From assembly GCA_963666285.1 (NCBI GenBank), contig OY762711.1: a DNA stretch of 64,000 nt, one strand, 5' to 3'. This DNA is from Sedimentisphaerales bacterium (GTDB lineage Bacteria; Planctomycetota; Phycisphaerae; Sedimentisphaerales; SM23-30). Positions 61,806 to 64,000 of the stretch are shown here, in pieces. The notes under the pieces are model-generated. The model made no database searches. It was given only the letters and a program-made list of their open reading frames with translations, and was not told the origin of the DNA. Position 1 is the stretch's first letter. The number at the start of each line of letters is the position of its first letter. The position numbers and the translations under genes are program-made.

Positions 61806-62523
61806 GAAGCATCAAATTGAAGTTAAGGGAATTAGAGTGGAGGTTGTTCGTAAGGACATAAAAAACCTGCACGTCGGGGTATATCCACCTAATGGACGTG
61901 TGCGAGTTGCAACTCCCTTGAGACTTGATGATGATGCAGTACGAATGGCTGTAATAACTCGTTTAGGATGGATACGTCGGCAAATCGATAGTTTTGAAAA
62001 CCAGCAACGTCAGTCCGAGCGTGAAATGGTCACTGGAGAAAGTCACTATGTTGGCGGTCGGCGTTATCTCCTTGATGTTATTGAGCATAATAAGCCAGCT
62101 TTACTTCAAATCAAGAATAATAAGACACTGGAGCTTAAAGTTCGTCCAGGAACAAGTGCAAGCAGGAAGCAGGCTATCCTGCAAGAATGGTATAGGCAGC
62201 AACTCAAGACAAAAGTCCCGGAACTAATCGACAAATGGGAACCTATTATAGGTGTTAAGGTTTCTAGCTGGGAAATAAGAAAAATGAAGACCCATTGGGG
62301 TAGCTGTAGTATTGAAAAGAAAAAGATCAGACTCAATCTAGAATTGGCGAAAAAGTCAGAAACTTGTCTTGAGTACATCCTAGTGCATGAAATGATTCAC
62401 TTGCTGGAACGTCTCCACAATGAAGCTTTCAAAAATCATATGGATTATTTTATGCCTCAGTGGCGAATGCACAGAGATGAATTAAATAGTCTACCGTTGG
62501 CAAATGAAGACTGGAAATATTGA
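61795..62523 (+). CDS. YgjP/DUF45 (M48/SprT-like) metal-dependent hydrolase associated with type I R-M
   Basis: WGSC...LNLEL...YILVHEMIHL...H (HExxH); overlaps the hsdR end. Confidence 0.9.
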   Translation: MNTKKHQIEVKGIRVEVVRKDIKNLHVGVYPPNGRVRVATPLRLDDDAVRMAVITRLGWIRRQIDSFENQQRQSEREMVTGESHYVGGRRYLLDVIEHNKPALLQIKNNKTLELKVRPGTSASRKQAILQEWYRQQLKTKVPELIDKWEPIIGVKVSSWEIRKMKTHWGSCSIEKKKIRLNLELAKKSETCLEYILVHEMIHLLERLHNEAFKNHMDYFMPQWRMHRDELNSLPLANEDWKY

Positions 62524-62740
62524 AAATTATTTAAAAGATAAAAAGAAATTACGACATTTTCAGCTAATGTATGTGGATCTGATTTGTACAAAAATCCCGG
62601 CAGCTCAGTCCCATCTATGTCTTCGCTTCACATATAAACAAAGCTTACGTGTTGATTAATGAGATCGAAGAGCTTGTCAGGTTAGTTCCAGAGTTGAAGC
62701 ATAAATTGACCGACATGTCATCTGGCGGTTACTGCCAAAT

Positions 62741-62896
62741 CATACTTCATATTCTTCTTCAACAACAAAATCAAAACTTGCTCCTACCAATGAGCATATT
62801 TCATTTACTTTTTGATATGCCACTTTTTCAGCAGCTTTTATATCATTTGCCTCAATCCAAAAACTAAAGTTTGGTATTACGTTAAACACTTTCATA
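62741..62896 (-). CDS. Small hypothetical protein (51 aa)
   Basis: GAGG SD + ATG; MKVFNVIPNFSFWIEANDIKAAEKVA... Confidence 0.45.
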
Positions 62897-62970
62897 ATCT
62901 TCCTCGTTATATTAAATCATATTGGAGCATTTATATACTCTACTCGCATACGTGACCAATGACCATTGAA

Positions 62971-63375
62971 TCAAGCACTTCCATAACACATAAGCCTGAT
63001 CACATCCCTCAATAGTACCTGCAATACTACCTGCTCTCCTTCATTAAAACTTTTAGTAAGTTCTTTGACTTTAATAAAGAAATTGCCACCACTTCGATTA
63101 ACCCATATTTGTGTGCTATTGTCATTGTATCGATGAACAAAATCAACAGAGTCTTTTTTCCCTATCAATACATTTAATATTCCCCCAAGTTCTGAATCAT
63201 CCATCTTAACTTTTTTCCAGTTATATTTCCCATCTGTTTTAAGCCCAAAATGAAAAAAGCAAACTTTCTTATCATTTAACAATACTTTAAGACAGCTAGT
63301 TTTTCCAAAAAACGCTTTGTTTACAACATACCCTGTTTTCTCTGGCATACTACTTTCATATATTTTTGTTTCCAT
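62971..63375 (-). CDS. Whirly/PC4-like putative ssDNA-binding protein
   Basis: YNWKK...SELGGIL...KDSVDFVH...FFIKV...EQVVL resembles Whirly YDWSRK...TEIGSI...DSCEFFH...FFNL...EFAVL. Confidence 0.55.
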   Translation of the reverse strand: METKIYESSMPEKTGYVVNKAFFGKTSCLKVLLNDKKVCFFHFGLKTDGKYNWKKVKMDDSELGGILNVLIGKKDSVDFVHRYNDNSTQIWVNRSGGNFFIKVKELTKSFNEGEQVVLQVLLRDVIRLMCYGSA

Positions 63376-63446
63376 TGTTTTACCCCGTATATATTTTCAT
63401 GTACCACCATTCCCATCTATACAAACCCAAAAAGTAAAAAAGAAAA

Positions 63447-64000
63447 TCAAATAAGTACCTTTGGTACTTTTCCTTTGATTGCTTCCAAATTCTTTTGCTC
63501 CATAAAGCAGTTTTTCATCTCAACAAGCTTAAGTGTCGGCTCAATTTTTACACCTAACTCATCCCCAAGATTCACAAGTTGCTCTTTTGTATATAATTTC
63601 AGAAATTCCTCATTCATTGAGAAGTGTTTTTCCCAATCTAAGCCAAAAGCTTTTGAGCTTTTCTCTGTTTCAGAAAAATCTAAGTCATACATCGCAACCT
63701 TTGATATTTCAACATACATCTGATCAAGCTTCGCTTCATCTTCTCCATAAAATATCTTCATGAATTTATCTGAATAAGGTGAAAAGCAATAGCCAAATAT
63801 ATTCTTAAACTGCTTTTCAATGCTAGCACGATAATTTTTCAATAGCTGATACAAGCATAGGACTTTAACTTGCTTCATGCCGTTTTTAGCAAGACCGCTC
63901 CCGATCTTTTTCATTTCATCATATTTATAGGCATGTATTCGAGACTTTAGCCGTTGCTCTTTTGTGGCAGTCAATTCCTGTTTTGGTGGTTCATTGTTCT
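63447..64000 (-). CDS. C-terminal part of a probable ParB-like protein of a mobile element; starts beyond window
   Basis: Frame appears open to the window edge; W...F...EEFLKLYTKEQL..L..ELG tail as in island/plasmid ParB-like proteins. Confidence 0.45.
   Translation of the reverse strand, partial: NNEPPKQELTATKEQRLKSRIHAYKYDEMKKIGSGLAKNGMKQVKVLCLYQLLKNYRASIEKQFKNIFGYCFSPYSDKFMKIFYGEDEAKLDQMYVEISKVAMYDLDFSETEKSSKAFGLDWEKHFSMNEEFLKLYTKEQLVNLGDELGVKIEPTLKLVEMKNCFMEQKNLEAIKGKVPKVLI

Larger units (their letters stand above)
12207..64000. mobile_element. tRNA-Lys-integrated genomic island (extends beyond window)
   Basis: att remnant; integrase pseudogene plus two tyrosine recombinases; R-M, MTase, ParB-like and defence-type genes; mosaic base composition. 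Confidence 0.8.

Noticed and set aside
54606..62378. Numerous short ORFs overlapping hsdM/S/R and ygjP-like genes
   Set aside because: Antisense or alternative-frame shadows of well-supported genes
1..64000. CRISPR array or cas genes
   Set aside because: No regularly spaced 25-45-bp repeats with unique spacers and no Cas motifs seen

Overview
Bacterial sequence, most likely a planctomycete of Phycisphaerae/Sedimentisphaerales type. This is inferred from the ECF sigma + FecR-NPCBM pair, PEP-CTERM proteins and secreted LamG/dockerin-like proteins. Bases 1-11.7 kb are a minus-strand glycan-utilisation cluster (ECF sigma, FecR, PEP-CTERM, GH5-like, GH43, LamG, GH2). At 12.2 kb the 3' half of a tRNA-Lys(CTT) gene marks the att end of a large genomic island that runs past the right edge of the window. 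The island carries, in order: integrase debris and end repeats; a 1281-aa putative defence protein; a wHTH/MTase/HerA-like ATPase-nuclease module; and a ~23-kb AT-rich block that reads as archaeal (DPANN/Woesearchaeota-like) DNA. That block has an archaeal-type GlyRS, TTTATAAA boxes 22-27 nt ahead of start codons, a 2759-aa surface protein and a split PEP-utilising enzyme. It is bracketed by two inward-facing tyrosine recombinases, each with an inverted pair of sites on its outer side. The right recombinase sits next to a pair of dif-like 11-6-11 sites that enclose a promoter, and it is frameshifted in an A7 tract. After it come host-type PEP-CTERM/secreted genes, a type I R-M system whose HsdS has an extra C-terminal domain, a Whirly-like protein and a ParB-like C-terminus. 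All calls come from motif recognition by eye; no searches were run.
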